NCBI GenBank assembly: GCA_040755995.1
Contig: JBFMAF010000035.1
Location: forward strand, 1 to 64,000
From: Acidobacteriota bacterium
GTDB taxonomy: Bacteria; Acidobacteriota; CAIWXX01
DNA: 64,000 bases
Reading direction: 5' to 3'
Shown piece after piece: positions 38,151 to 48,780 of this stretch. The notes beneath the pieces are model-generated. The model saw only the letters and a program-made list of their open reading frames with translations. It did no database searches and was not told the DNA's origin. Position numbers and translations under genes: made by a program. How positions within the stretch are numbered: the first letter of the stretch is position 1; each line of letters starts with the position of its first letter.

Positions 38151-39404
38151 ATGTGGTCAACGTCTGGGCTTCGGCTCGCACATGTAGCGGCCTGGCTGTG
38201 GTCGGCAACGGCCGTAGCAATGCCGCTGCTCGCGAGCGCGGCGGAACAGAGCAACGAGGGGAAGTTTGGAATCGCATTTTCGGGGTTCGTAAAGACCGAC
38301 GTGATATTCGATTCGCGGCAGACGGTGAGTCTGCGCGAGGGGCATTTCCTTCTCTACCCGGCCGCTCCGTCCAACGACGTTACAGGCGAGGATGTTTCAG
38401 AGAAGGCCAATCTCAACATGATGTCAATCCAGACGCGCGTGACCGCGAAGCTCACGGCTCCGGAGGCGTTCGGAGCGAAGCCGTCGGGGCTGATCGAGGC
38501 GGAGTTCTTCGGCAGCTCCGATGCGGACGTCAACGGCTTTCGTCTTCGCCACGCTTTCCTGAGCCTGCAATGGCCGAAGACGGGACTCATGATCGGGCAG
38601 TTCTGGCATCCGCTGTTCGTGACCGAAGTCTTCCCGCAGGTCGTTTCGTTCAACACTGGGGCGCCGTTCCAGCCGTTCTCGCGGAACCCCCAGGTCCGAT
38701 TGACGCAGGCACTCGGCAGCGCCAGGCTGATCGCGGCTGCGGCGTCGCAACGCGATTTCACGAGCCCCGGGCCGAACGGCAACAGTTCGACCTACCTGCG
38801 CAACGCAGTCTTGCCGGACCTCAGCCTGCAGCTTCAATACCGCAGAGCCGACAACGTTTACGGCGCAGGGATCGATTTCAAGATATTGACTCCGCAGATC
38901 ACGACGAGCCAGGGATACAAGACAGACGAGACGGTGAAGAGCACGGCCGGGATAGGGTACGCGAAGCTCAAGCTGGGCAGGGCAACGCTCGGAGTCGAAG
39001 CGGTGTATGGCCAGAATCTCTCGGACCACCTGATGCTTGGCGGCTACGGAGTCAGATCGACCGATCCCGCGACGGGCAAGCAGTCATACATTCCGACCAG
39101 CTCCTTCTCGGTGTGGTCAGACCTGTACGCAGGCAAGCGGTTCCAGCCGGGCCTCTTCCTGGGCTACGCGAAGAATCTCGGAGCCGGCGAAATCGTGTCC
39201 AAGGTTTACGTCAGGAATGCTGATATCGACAGCGCCTACCGCATCGCCCCGCGAATGGCGTGGCAGACGGGGTACACGCGGCTCTCCGTCGAGATCGAGT
39301 ACACGGCGGCGGCGTATGGGACGACCAACGAGCGCGCCAAGGTCGTCAACACCACCACGGTCGGAAACCTGCGTATGCTGTTCGCCGGATTCCTGTTCTT
39401 CTAG
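38151..39404 (+). CDS. DcaP-like outer-membrane porin
   Basis: Signal peptide, SGFVKTD, FRLRHAF, GQFWHP, RNPQVR, terminal Phe. Confidence 0.7.
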   Translation: MWSTSGLRLAHVAAWLWSATAVAMPLLASAAEQSNEGKFGIAFSGFVKTDVIFDSRQTVSLREGHFLLYPAAPSNDVTGEDVSEKANLNMMSIQTRVTAKLTAPEAFGAKPSGLIEAEFFGSSDADVNGFRLRHAFLSLQWPKTGLMIGQFWHPLFVTEVFPQVVSFNTGAPFQPFSRNPQVRLTQALGSARLIAAAASQRDFTSPGPNGNSSTYLRNAVLPDLSLQLQYRRADNVYGAGIDFKILTPQITTSQGYKTDETVKSTAGIGYAKLKLGRATLGVEAVYGQNLSDHLMLGGYGVRSTDPATGKQSYIPTSSFSVWSDLYAGKRFQPGLFLGYAKNLGAGEIVSKVYVRNADIDSAYRIAPRMAWQTGYTRLSVEIEYTAAAYGTTNERAKVVNTTTVGNLRMLFAGFLFF

Positions 39405-39468
39405 ACAGCGCGACATAAGTCGCGCTCCTTAGCGGGGCTGCGGCGTGGACCGGTCGGCCCAGGCCGGG

Positions 39469-40497
39469 TCACTGAGTCGGATCGTCGTAGAGATTCAGGT
39501 CAGGGTAGAGCCGTTTGGCACATTCCGGGCAGATGCCATGCGTGAATGTCGCATGGGAGTGCTCCTGGACGTACTTCTCCAGGCGGTTCCAGTACCCTTT
39601 GTCGTCCCGGATGCTCTTGCAGCTGCTGCAGATGGGGACAAGGCCGCGGAGCGTCTTCACTTCGGCGATGGCTGCCTGAAGCTCCTGAATAACCCTGTCC
39701 CGCTCTCCTTCGGCCACCTTGCGCCGCTCGATCTCCTGCTGGGCGAGTGAGAGCTCCAGCTTGATCTCGGCCACCTGTTTCAGAATGGCGAGCACGGGGC
39801 GATTCTCAATGGCGATTCCTTTCTTGCTGCTCTGCCACTGCAAGTAGAGATAAAGGAAAGGCAGGGCGAAGACCGACACAACCAGGCGACTGACCAGAGT
39901 CCCTTTCATGATGCTGAAGTAGAAGGGCGTTCCCGCGAAGGCTCCCGTTGCGAAGAGAATCACATCCAGCCACATGACCCCCAACAGGGTCAGGAAGGCG
40001 CGCAGCCAGAGCCGCATCCTGAGATCGGGCTTGCCGAGATACTCCCAGGCGACCGCCAGGAAGATGAGATCGAGCAACGTCGCACAGACTGAGGCCGTGT
40101 TTATCCGAAGGCTCGGAACCGGCACGTAGTCCAGCGATATGTTGCCAGTCAGTCCAGCCTGGAAATGCAGGACTGCGGCGATGATCGGCACCAATGCCGA
40201 AACGCCCGCCACAGTCGATATGGCCAGCCGGGCGGCGCGCGGACCGTCGAAGACATAGACCACGAATACACCCAGCAGCAGGGAGGTATAGAACACGGTC
40301 GAGCCCACGACGAAGGTGATGCCGGCCACCTCGATCTTCACCCCCGCGTCGGTCACCCACGACATGATGGCGGTGATCCCCCCGATTACGGCATAGAAGT
40401 GCGCAGGACCAAACCGGTGGCGCAACGAGTGCGCCCAGAGCACCAGGAAATAGACGGACATCGCCTCGACGATCAGTACGATGACTTCACTGGCCAT
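39469..40497 (-). CDS. Multi-TM protein with coiled coil and C-terminal Cys/His motif
   Basis: About 7 TM helices, then VKTLRGLVPICSSCKSIRDDKGYW...FTHGICPEC. Confidence 0.8.
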   Translation of the reverse strand: MASEVIVLIVEAMSVYFLVLWAHSLRHRFGPAHFYAVIGGITAIMSWVTDAGVKIEVAGITFVVGSTVFYTSLLLGVFVVYVFDGPRAARLAISTVAGVSALVPIIAAVLHFQAGLTGNISLDYVPVPSLRINTASVCATLLDLIFLAVAWEYLGKPDLRMRLWLRAFLTLLGVMWLDVILFATGAFAGTPFYFSIMKGTLVSRLVVSVFALPFLYLYLQWQSSKKGIAIENRPVLAILKQVAEIKLELSLAQQEIERRKVAEGERDRVIQELQAAIAEVKTLRGLVPICSSCKSIRDDKGYWNRLEKYVQEHSHATFTHGICPECAKRLYPDLNLYDDPTQ

Positions 40498-40586
40498 GCT
40501 CGGTCATGCTCCCACTTCGTCTCCGCCACGAGACCGGGTTCTGTCGCCAAGCCCGTCCCCCCAGGCACCCACACCCAGGCCGCGCT

Positions 40587-41813
40587 TCAGGCGTAGATCG
40601 CCTTAAGCTCCTCGACACGGGCCGCGATGTTGATGCTCCGGATGCAGCGGGCGGAACAATCGCCGCACGAGGCGCACGTCGCCAGCCCCAAGTCGTGCGG
40701 CACCTCGTTCAGCGCGGCGCGCGCCGCCTGGAAGTTCCCATAGGTAGCCGCATACATGTGCGTTCGCATCAGGGTGGGGATGTCGACGCCGCGCGGGCAG
40801 GAAGGGAGGCAAGAGGAGCACTGCCGGCAGTAGGCGAGTGACGCGCGCGCGGTCCTGTCCTTGATGAACTTCTCTTCCTCGGCGGTGAAGTCGAGGCCGT
40901 AGGCCACCGTGAAATCCGTTTCCATCTGCGGGAACGTCGTGTACCCGGGAACGGCCGTAGAGATGAACTCGTGCCTCAGTACCCACTTCAACAGCGCTGT
41001 GTGCATGAGCTCACCCTCCCACCGCTTCTGCAGCTCTGCGGGGAGGTTCTCCTTGTACCAATACTGAGAGCACTGGGTCTTCATCGCGACAAGGCCGATC
41101 CCCTTCGCATGGGCGCTCTGCAGTGCCTCGACCATCGGCGTGTCGTCCCACATCGCGTAGTTGAAGGAGGTCAAGATGACGTCGAAGAGCCCGGACCGGA
41201 CGGCATCCTGGATGCACTCCATCATGTTGCGGTGCGTGCTGAACCCGATGAAGCGCGTCTTGCCCTGCTTCTTCAACGTCTGCAACGCGTCGAGGATCCC
41301 CGGGTTGTTGAGATAGCCCGCATCGGAGACGTTATGCGAATACAGGATGTCAAGATGATCGGTCTGAAGCCGCCGAAGGCTTTCCTCGGTCGTCTTCAGA
41401 TAGAACTCCCTAGCCTTCTCAGCGGGCATCGACCGTTGCTCGTGCGGTATGTACACCTTCGTTGCGATGACGACCTGGTCCCGAGCATTGAGCTGCTTGA
41501 TTACGCTGCCAACCATCTCTTCGTTGCGGCCCTGCTGGTAGTAGGCCGCGGTGTCGAAATGGCGTACGCCGAGCTCGTAGGATTGTTTCACGAGCGCCGG
41601 ATTGTCCGCGTTCATCACTCCCATGGAGACGACCGGGAGCTTGATGCCCGTCTTGCCTAGCGGCCGCGTCACGAGTTGACGCGCAAGCTCAGGGAGAGAC
41701 GGCTTGGCTGGTTCGGTCGAACCTCTTGCCAAACTCGTCAATCCCAGCGTGGCGACCCCGGATAGCGCCCCGCCCAGAAATGCCCGCCGATCTACGCTGC
41801 GATTCTCAGCCAT
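40587..41813 (-). CDS. Tat-exported aldo/keto reductase with C-terminal Fe-S-type Cys motifs
   Basis: DRRAFL, RPLGKTG, FDTAAYY, IATK, GFSTH, CxxCxxCxxxCP. Confidence 0.9.
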   Translation of the reverse strand: MAENRSVDRRAFLGGALSGVATLGLTSLARGSTEPAKPSLPELARQLVTRPLGKTGIKLPVVSMGVMNADNPALVKQSYELGVRHFDTAAYYQQGRNEEMVGSVIKQLNARDQVVIATKVYIPHEQRSMPAEKAREFYLKTTEESLRRLQTDHLDILYSHNVSDAGYLNNPGILDALQTLKKQGKTRFIGFSTHRNMMECIQDAVRSGLFDVILTSFNYAMWDDTPMVEALQSAHAKGIGLVAMKTQCSQYWYKENLPAELQKRWEGELMHTALLKWVLRHEFISTAVPGYTTFPQMETDFTVAYGLDFTAEEEKFIKDRTARASLAYCRQCSSCLPSCPRGVDIPTLMRTHMYAATYGNFQAARAALNEVPHDLGLATCASCGDCSARCIRSINIAARVEELKAIYA

Positions 41814-41847
41814 CACATGCTCCTTTCCACACGTCCTTGTGCCGATT

Positions 41848-42741
41848 TCAATCCGCCGTCGCAATTCGCGCCGCCAGCGCCTTGAGGTATCTCTCGCGCG
41901 AGCTCTTGTCCTCCACTTTCAGCACTCCGCATATGCAGTTCCCCTTCCTGAGGATGCCGATCTGACCATGATACGGATCCGCGAGCGTCAGCTCTGCTGC
42001 CGCGAGCATGTCAGTCTTCTCACCGAGGAACCGCGCGTACGCGCGAAGCATTTCATCGCAATCGTTCGCGTCGTTTCCCTGAATGATGAACAGCTGGAAT
42101 TCCTTGCCGCCGGCCGCGTAGTCGGCGGTGAAACCGCGATGGAGGAACTCGTAGCCCACGAAGTTCTTTGCGACATACCTCTCGGTGTGCGCTACCTTGC
42201 CTTCGGCCGGGAACCAGGCGAGAGGCGCGGGCAGCGAGCCGCCGCCGCCGAGGGCGGTTGCGGTCGCCTTCGCGAAAGCCATGAGCACGTCGCGCTCATT
42301 ACCGCCAATCTCGTAGCCGCTGATCTTGACGTAGGCATCCCCGAGCACGAAGTTCAGGATGGGCGGTTCCACATAGCCCTCGGCGCCGACATCAACGAAG
42401 CGCCCGTCCGACGGTCGCTCCTGGCTGTAGATCCCGAATGCATCATCGGGCGTTCGGTGCCGATAGACCTCCACGACGATCGAGGCGCCTTTCTCACCCT
42501 GGTATTCTGCGACCTGCAACTGCACAAAGTCGTAGCTCAGATAGAGCTCTGCGGCTCCGTCGATGTACTCGAACAGGTTGCCCGGGTGGAACGTCTTGAC
42601 CTCGCCGCCGGCTTTCCATCCACTCAGCTCGGGGAAGCGAAACCCCGCGGAACTCTGCGAGAGCCCGCGCGCCGGCCAGAACGACATCATGAAAAGAAGC
42701 GGCAGGATACCTGGGCAACGCACGAGCGACGATGTCTTCAT
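41848..42741 (-). CDS. DUF6599-like exported protein
   Basis: NLFEYIDGAAELY, AFGIYSQER; operonic with the aldo/keto reductase. Confidence 0.7.
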   Translation of the reverse strand: MKTSSLVRCPGILPLLFMMSFWPARGLSQSSAGFRFPELSGWKAGGEVKTFHPGNLFEYIDGAAELYLSYDFVQLQVAEYQGEKGASIVVEVYRHRTPDDAFGIYSQERPSDGRFVDVGAEGYVEPPILNFVLGDAYVKISGYEIGGNERDVLMAFAKATATALGGGGSLPAPLAWFPAEGKVAHTERYVAKNFVGYEFLHRGFTADYAAGGKEFQLFIIQGNDANDCDEMLRAYARFLGEKTDMLAAAELTLADPYHGQIGILRKGNCICGVLKVEDKSSRERYLKALAARIATAD

Positions 42742-42821
42742 AGCACTCTCCCTTCGCCAATGGCTCAACGCGAGTATATACGTAGTCGGGCGGGGCCTGG
42801 TTCTTCGGACGGCCGCCTCGC

Positions 42822-44033
42822 CTACTTGAACAATTCGACTCGGAAGAAGCCCCGCTTCCCGACCTTGATCTGCAGGGTGCGGGGGGCGCCGATGTCGAGG
42901 CGCATCAGCGGGTCCGAGATCCTTGCTCCGTCGATCGACACTCCGCCCTGTTCTATCAGCCGCCGGGCGTCAGCCTTGGACCTGGCGACGCTCAACTTCG
43001 CAAGCAGATCGATGAGTGCCGTGGCGCCCGGCTGGCATGGCCACCGGAGCTCGGTCATCTCTTCGGGGGTTCCCTTCTGCGCAAAGACCCGCTCGAACTC
43101 CTCCTCGGCCTGCCTCGCCGCTTCCCGCCCGCAATATCGTTCGGCGAGCTGCAGCGCGAGGTCCTGCTTTACGCGCTTGGGATGCCGTGTGCCATCCTGG
43201 ACGTCCAGCCTGAGCTGGCGTACGTCCTCGCTGCTCAGGTCCGTCAGCAGCTCGTAGTACTTGAACATGAGGTCGTCGGTGATGGACATGAGCTTCCCGT
43301 AGATCTCCCGAGCGGGCTCATTGATGCCGACGTAGTTGCCCAGCGACTTGCTCATCTTCTCCACACCGTCCGTCCCCTCCAGCAGTGGCAACGTGATCAC
43401 CACCTGGGGGCTCTGGCCGTACTCCCGTTGTATCTCCCGCCCCACGAGCAGGTTGAACTTCTGGTCGGTCCCGCCCATCTCGACGTCCGCCTGCAGCGCC
43501 ACGGAGTCATACGCCTGGGCGAGCGGGTAGAGTATTTCGTGGACGCTGATCGGAAGCCCTGCCTTCAGCCGTTTAGTAAAATCGTCCCGTTCCAGGATGC
43601 GCGCGACGGTGTACTTCGCGCACAGGCGGATGAGCTCCTCGCTCGTCAACGCTGAGAGCCAGCGGCTGTTGAAGTCGACAATCGTCCTCTCCGGGTCGAG
43701 GATCTTGAACACCTGGCTCTTGTATGTCTCGGCGTTCTGTGCGACTTCGTCGCGCGACATCGGCTTGCGGGTGACGTTGCGGCCGCTGGGGTCGCCGATG
43801 AGGCCCGTGAAGTCACCGATGAGGAAAACCACGCGGTGGCCGAGGTCCTGGAATTGCTTCATCTTCTGCAGGATGACGGTGTGGCCCAGGTGCAGATCCG
43901 GGGCGGTCGGATCGAAGCCCACCTTGACCGTGAGCGGCCTGTCTTCAAGCAGCTTCGCCTCGAGCTCCTCCTCCCGAATGATCTCCACGGCCCCCTTCTT
44001 GAGCAGCCTGAGTTGCTCCTGCGCTGACTTCAT
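42822..44033 (-). CDS. tyrS: Tyrosine--tRNA ligase
   Basis: [27 protein letters not shown]-terminal S4 domain. Confidence 0.97.
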   Translation of the reverse strand: MKSAQEQLRLLKKGAVEIIREEELEAKLLEDRPLTVKVGFDPTAPDLHLGHTVILQKMKQFQDLGHRVVFLIGDFTGLIGDPSGRNVTRKPMSRDEVAQNAETYKSQVFKILDPERTIVDFNSRWLSALTSEELIRLCAKYTVARILERDDFTKRLKAGLPISVHEILYPLAQAYDSVALQADVEMGGTDQKFNLLVGREIQREYGQSPQVVITLPLLEGTDGVEKMSKSLGNYVGINEPAREIYGKLMSITDDLMFKYYELLTDLSSEDVRQLRLDVQDGTRHPKRVKQDLALQLAERYCGREAARQAEEEFERVFAQKGTPEEMTELRWPCQPGATALIDLLAKLSVARSKADARRLIEQGGVSIDGARISDPLMRLDIGAPRTLQIKVGKRGFFRVELFK

Positions 44034-44152
44034 TCTTCCCTCGCGCCGCACATTATATCAACAAACGGTGGCAGGACCGCGACCTGGGTGACCGGCATGT
44101 TACCTGTTGTGGTCGCTTGTGGTCCGGCGCAGGATCACGCATACTACGGTTG

Positions 44153-44389
44153 ATGTCGATCGCCAAGAACACTCTCGCCTCCCCGATCCTGAACTTTGCG
44201 GCGCGCCTACGCTTCCCGTACCTCTTCTTACTGACGGCAGCCCTGTTCCTGGTAGATCTGTTCCTGCCCGACTTCATCCCGCTGGCGGACGAGATCATCC
44301 TGGGCCTGTTGACCCTGCTTTGGGGGTCCATCAAGAAGAAGCGGCTGACGGTGGGCACATCGCCGCCTGGCCAGACAACGCCCAGGTAG
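44153..44389 (+). CDS. DUF6116-like small membrane protein
   Basis: RLRFPYLF...PDFIPLADEIILGL. Confidence 0.7.
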   Translation: MSIAKNTLASPILNFAARLRFPYLFLLTAALFLVDLFLPDFIPLADEIILGLLTLLWGSIKKKRLTVGTSPPGQTTPR

Positions 44390-44519
44390 CTTGTGTCCCT
44401 CCGGCAAGAGTGATTCTTGTTCAGGGGACGTGAGGCCTACGCTCTAAGCTCGGACGGGTAGTCCTGGCGTAGCTGCGCGACTTCCACCGAGAAGCCGACC
44501 CTCACGGCAAGCGCTTGCG

Positions 44520-46940
44520 CTACTCGTAGGTGAAGGTCCCCACGGTGGTTGAGGTGACGCTGGAGGTGACCTTCACGTCGACCGTGCCAGTGCCGGGAGG
44601 GCTGTCGCAAGTGATGACGTTCGGCTGGGTGAAGCGCACATTGGAGGCCACGGTTGCCCCGAATAGCACGTTGAACTGCGTACCGGATGTGCCGCTCGGT
44701 GCCAAGATCGTGACACGCGTGCCGCCCTGGGGAGGCCCGGAGGTCGGCTCGACGTTTCCTGATGCCGGCAGGACGATGAACTCGAAGCGGTTACTCCTCT
44801 TGCCGAGAACGTCGACGGTGACGTAGCCCGTTTGCACACCAGTCGGAACCGTAACCTTGATGCTCGTGTCGGACCAGGACTGGGCTACTCCCGAATTCAG
44901 CGCTCCGAAGAGCACTGTGCTTGTCCCCTGCACCGATCCGAAGCCGCTCCCGTTCACGGCGACCGTATCCCCGGCCTTTCCTGCTCCTGGCGAGAGCTGC
45001 TGGATCACCGGGCCTCCCTGCGATCCCTTCCGCGTGTATGAGAACACGCCGTGATCGGTCGCTATCAGGTATCTGTTGGGATCGGACGGATCGATCAGGA
45101 AGTCGTTGCTCCAGAGCGGTCCGAGCCCGGTCGAATCGAAATTGCTCCAGCTCTCGCCGTGGTCGGTGGAAACCCGAATCCCGCCCCAGGTACCGGTGAA
45201 CATCGTCATCGGATTCCTAGGATCCTGGGCGACAAACACGCCTCCCTCGCCTTTGCGAGTCCAGGTGATCCCGCCGTCAGTCGTCATGAATACCCTGTTA
45301 TCACCTGTCGCGAGCCACACAGTCTGGGATCCAGTGGAATCGAATTCGAGGTCAGACGGCCAGCCCATCGAAATGGTGTTGCACTTCTTCCATACCCCGC
45401 CGCCGTCCGTGCTCTTGTAGACCACGCTCTGCGTCCCGACGAAGAGCGTGGAACTGTTTCGCGGATCTATCGCGATGGCAGAGACGTTCTTGTCAGAAAG
45501 GCCGCGATTGATCAGGTCCCAGGTCTTGCCCCGATTGGTGCTCTTTGCGATCCCCAACGCGGCGATTCCTGTATCGGTCCACTTGGTGGGGGCCACGTAC
45601 ATCGTGTTCTCGCTTCTCGGGTCCAGGGCGATACATCTTCCAAAGAAGTAGTCGGCGCAAAATCTCCACGTCCGGCCGGCATCCTCGCTAACAGCTACGG
45701 TCCCCGGACCTCCGACCGCAGCAACCACCAGGTTGGCGTTTCGTGCATGGACCTGGACATCTCCCACCGCCGAAGCCTTCGAATCACCACTGCTGAGGGG
45801 GTTCAGGGTCCACGTGTTGCCCCCGTTTGTGCTCTCGTAGAGGATCCAGCCGTTGACCGCGAACATTCGGCCACCTTTCTTCTTCTGGGCCGCTATCCTA
45901 CTAACAGGGTTGGCGTCCAGCCCGTTGTTCACGAACGGCCAGGTCTTGCCCGCATTCTGTGAACGCAAGATGCCTTGCCCCAGCCCGCCCACGAACACCG
46001 TGTTGCTCTTCTTCGGATGTACCGCCACAACGGCCGTGTCGCTGCGAGGAGCGACGAGTAGCTGCGACCACGTCGTCCCTCCGTCGACGCTCTTGTACAC
46101 ATAATCCCAGCTCAGCGCGTACACGGTTTGCGTGTTGGCTGCGTCCAGGGAAACGCTGCGAACCGCCTGATCGAGGACTCTGGTCCAGTGATCCCCTGCA
46201 TCTGTCGTCTTGAACACGCCGGGATCGCCGGATGCGAATAGCGTTCGCGGGTTCTCGGGGTCTATCGTGAGGCCGTATTCCTCTATTTCAAAGTCGAGTC
46301 CATTCGTCACTTGCTTCCATGAATCACCGCCACTGGTAGAGCGGTACGCCTTGAGGCTCTGCAGCAGCACGTACACCCTCTTCCCATCCGTGGGATCGAC
46401 TTCGATCCGAGGTGGTCCGCCCCATCCGACAGGTGTCAGATCGAGCCCGGCGTTTTTGAGCGCCCAGGTCCTGCCTCCATCCGTGCTCTTGATCACGCCG
46501 CGACAGTATGTCACCGCGTACAGGGTCTGTGGGTTCTTCGGATCGAACTCGAAATCCGAGAAATCCGAGCCGATGTCAGACGCCGGCGCGCAGATCTCAG
46601 TCCAGCTCCTGCCGCGGTCGGTGCTGGTGTACACGGCGTTGGCGGCGGCGATGATTCGCCCTGGATCGCTGGGATGGATCCTGAGAACGGCTGTGGGCCC
46701 GGTATTCCAGAGGCTCAGTCGCTCCCAGCTCGTCCCGCCATTCCTGCTCCGGAACAGCCCCGTCTCAGAGCTCGCGTAGATCATATTGCTCGCGCGCGGG
46801 TCGAAGCAGAAACCCCAGAACGTCCCGCCGTACGGCCCGTTCGAGGTCCACTTGTTGTCGCCGGCGGGGCTCGATGAGCACGTGCCCAACAGCAGCGCGG
46901 CAAAAATCACTACATGCGTGGAAAAATCTCGTCTGAACAT
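44520..46940 (-). CDS. Secreted BNR/Asp-box repeat beta-propeller protein with two IPT/TIG domains
   Basis: Many SxDGGxTW Asp-boxes; AAGGAGG RBS; signal peptide. Confidence 0.88.
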   Translation of the reverse strand: MFRRDFSTHVVIFAALLLGTCSSSPAGDNKWTSNGPYGGTFWGFCFDPRASNMIYASSETGLFRSRNGGTSWERLSLWNTGPTAVLRIHPSDPGRIIAAANAVYTSTDRGRSWTEICAPASDIGSDFSDFEFDPKNPQTLYAVTYCRGVIKSTDGGRTWALKNAGLDLTPVGWGGPPRIEVDPTDGKRVYVLLQSLKAYRSTSGGDSWKQVTNGLDFEIEEYGLTIDPENPRTLFASGDPGVFKTTDAGDHWTRVLDQAVRSVSLDAANTQTVYALSWDYVYKSVDGGTTWSQLLVAPRSDTAVVAVHPKKSNTVFVGGLGQGILRSQNAGKTWPFVNNGLDANPVSRIAAQKKKGGRMFAVNGWILYESTNGGNTWTLNPLSSGDSKASAVGDVQVHARNANLVVAAVGGPGTVAVSEDAGRTWRFCADYFFGRCIALDPRSENTMYVAPTKWTDTGIAALGIAKSTNRGKTWDLINRGLSDKNVSAIAIDPRNSSTLFVGTQSVVYKSTDGGGVWKKCNTISMGWPSDLEFDSTGSQTVWLATGDNRVFMTTDGGITWTRKGEGGVFVAQDPRNPMTMFTGTWGGIRVSTDHGESWSNFDSTGLGPLWSNDFLIDPSDPNRYLIATDHGVFSYTRKGSQGGPVIQQLSPGAGKAGDTVAVNGSGFGSVQGTSTVLFGALNSGVAQSWSDTSIKVTVPTGVQTGYVTVDVLGKRSNRFEFIVLPASGNVEPTSGPPQGGTRVTILAPSGTSGTQFNVLFGATVASNVRFTQPNVITCDSPPGTGTVDVKVTSSVTSTTVGTFTYE

Positions 46941-47095
46941 GAGAACCTCCTTCTGGCATAGCGTGTCCGAATTACTACTGCAGTAGTAACATCTGTGTCC
47001 GGACGGAGGCGCATGCACCCATCCTCCGTTGCGGGGGACGGAGGAAGGGGCGTTTGAAGGGAAAGTTGTCGGGATCGGCGCTTGATCACGGCCAG

Positions 47096-47124
47096 AAGAT
47101 AAGCCAGAGGTCCCATTAGGTCAA
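47096..47124 (-). promoter_or_regulatory. Putative sigma70 promoter of the BNR gene
   Basis: TTGACC-17 nt-TATCTT on the minus strand. Confidence 0.55.
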
Positions 47125-47224
47125 GTGTTCCTGAAAGCGGCGTAGAGCTCTCTCGCGAGAGCCGCCTCCGCGCGGAGCCGCGCTCAGTCCTTGTCCGATT
47201 CAGCCTACCCCATGCAGACGGGCG

Positions 47225-48745
47225 TCAGGGGTTGAGCGGCGCGCCCAAAGCTGCGTGTGGGTCCTTCTGATAGATCGCAAGATTGCTCAGGCGGAGCGCC
47301 GGCTTGAATCCTCGCAGGAAGTTCGGGTTCTCCACCCTGACCTGATCCAGCGCGTCTTTGTCCTCCACAACGATCCAATCGACGACGTCAGCGGGTCTGG
47401 ACAGGGCTCTGTCCCATGTGGCGTAGACGCCTTCGTGGACGGTGTAGCGAAGCGGGATTCCCCAGTCGTGCAGAAACGGCGCCAGCCAGCCCATCGAGAT
47501 AAGGACGGGCCTGCCGTCGTAGTGCCGGTTCATGAACTCGATCGCCTGCTCCCGCTCGTTGATCTCCGGCACGTGATAGGTCGCCTCCTTCAGCAGCCTC
47601 TGGCGCTTCGGCGAGGCGTAAACGGCGTTTGCGACGAGGAGCGCGACCAGCAGGGCCTTCGCCCAATGGCGAGGCCGGGCCGGCCACCATACGGTCGCGA
47701 ATGCAGCAATCGCCGGCACCATCACGACGCTGTATCGCACGCGATACGGATGCCCGTTGAAATACGCGAAGACGAAAAGCGGGATGGGATGAAGCAGCGC
47801 GTAGGCGGCGAGGTACGGCGGCTTGAAGCGCTTGAGGGTGAAAAAGATCGCGATGCCCAAAGCTGCCGCCCAGTAGACCAGCCGCCCCGAGAGATCGCCG
47901 GCGCACTGGACATAGATCCGGAAGCTCTTGAACAGATCACCGCTGGAGTATGGGTCGAGCGGTCTCGCGTCCTTCTGCTGCGGGAACGGCGTGCCCGTTA
48001 CGTAGAAGGCGTAGCTTTGAAACGAGATGATGCCGAGGCTGGAGATCAACAGGAACACGACGAGGTATTTCCTCTTGACGCTCCAGGGCTGCCTGCACTG
48101 CAACAGATACAGAACGAACATGACGTTCATCCCGGCCCAGAGCGACCAGCCGTCGTAGCGGACGAGGGTCGCCAGCGCGATTGCGGCGGATGCGCCGGCG
48201 AGGTCGCGGCGGTCTTCCGTCAACGTGAAGCGAGCGAAGAAATAGCTCCCGCCGAGAAAGAGAAAGAAGTAGAGGGACTCGGTGAGCGGTGTGGCCTGGA
48301 CGTACAGTACGGCCGGTGTGGTGACGAATATCGCCGCGGCGGCGGCCGCAATGAACGCGTCGCTCCGCAGAATGAACATTAGGCGGTACAGGAAGAACGC
48401 GGCGCCGGCGAAGAAGGCAACCGACAGGAGCGAGGAGAGGATCCCCGTACGATAGAGCACATCGCTCGTGACCAGCGGAAGGTTGATCAAGGTTGGCAGC
48501 GGGAGCCAGTAGAGGCCCATCTGCTGTATTCCTGGCGTGGCGTTGTCGAAGATGCGTCGTGCAACCAGCAGCCGTGCCTTGGCGTCGTAATGGACCATGG
48601 TCAGGTCATGCTGGTAGTAGTAGGCGAAGAAGGCGAGGCCGATCGCAGCCGCGCCGGCCAGCACCAGCCAGGGCATGTATCGATTGATCTGGAAGGCGGA
48701 GTCGATCCGCGGATGGCCCGAGTTCGTGTCCGTTTGTCTGTCCAC
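47225..48745 (-). CDS. GT-C (ArnT/PMT-like) membrane glycosyltransferase
   Basis: HYDAKA, WLPLP, TPLTE, LVRYDGW; multi-TM; GGGGAG RBS with GTG. Confidence 0.75.
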   Translation of the reverse strand: MDRQTDTNSGHPRIDSAFQINRYMPWLVLAGAAAIGLAFFAYYYQHDLTMVHYDAKARLLVARRIFDNATPGIQQMGLYWLPLPTLINLPLVTSDVLYRTGILSSLLSVAFFAGAAFFLYRLMFILRSDAFIAAAAAAIFVTTPAVLYVQATPLTESLYFFLFLGGSYFFARFTLTEDRRDLAGASAAIALATLVRYDGWSLWAGMNVMFVLYLLQCRQPWSVKRKYLVVFLLISSLGIISFQSYAFYVTGTPFPQQKDARPLDPYSSGDLFKSFRIYVQCAGDLSGRLVYWAAALGIAIFFTLKRFKPPYLAAYALLHPIPLFVFAYFNGHPYRVRYSVVMVPAIAAFATVWWPARPRHWAKALLVALLVANAVYASPKRQRLLKEATYHVPEINEREQAIEFMNRHYDGRPVLISMGWLAPFLHDWGIPLRYTVHEGVYATWDRALSRPADVVDWIVVEDKDALDQVRVENPNFLRGFKPALRLSNLAIYQKDPHAALGAPLNP

Positions 48746-48780
48746 ACTTCTCCCCGCCGGCCAAGCTCTACGGCCGGCCC

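Noticed and set aside
44034..44152. T-box leader for tyrS
   Set aside because: Spacer too short and no T-box consensus
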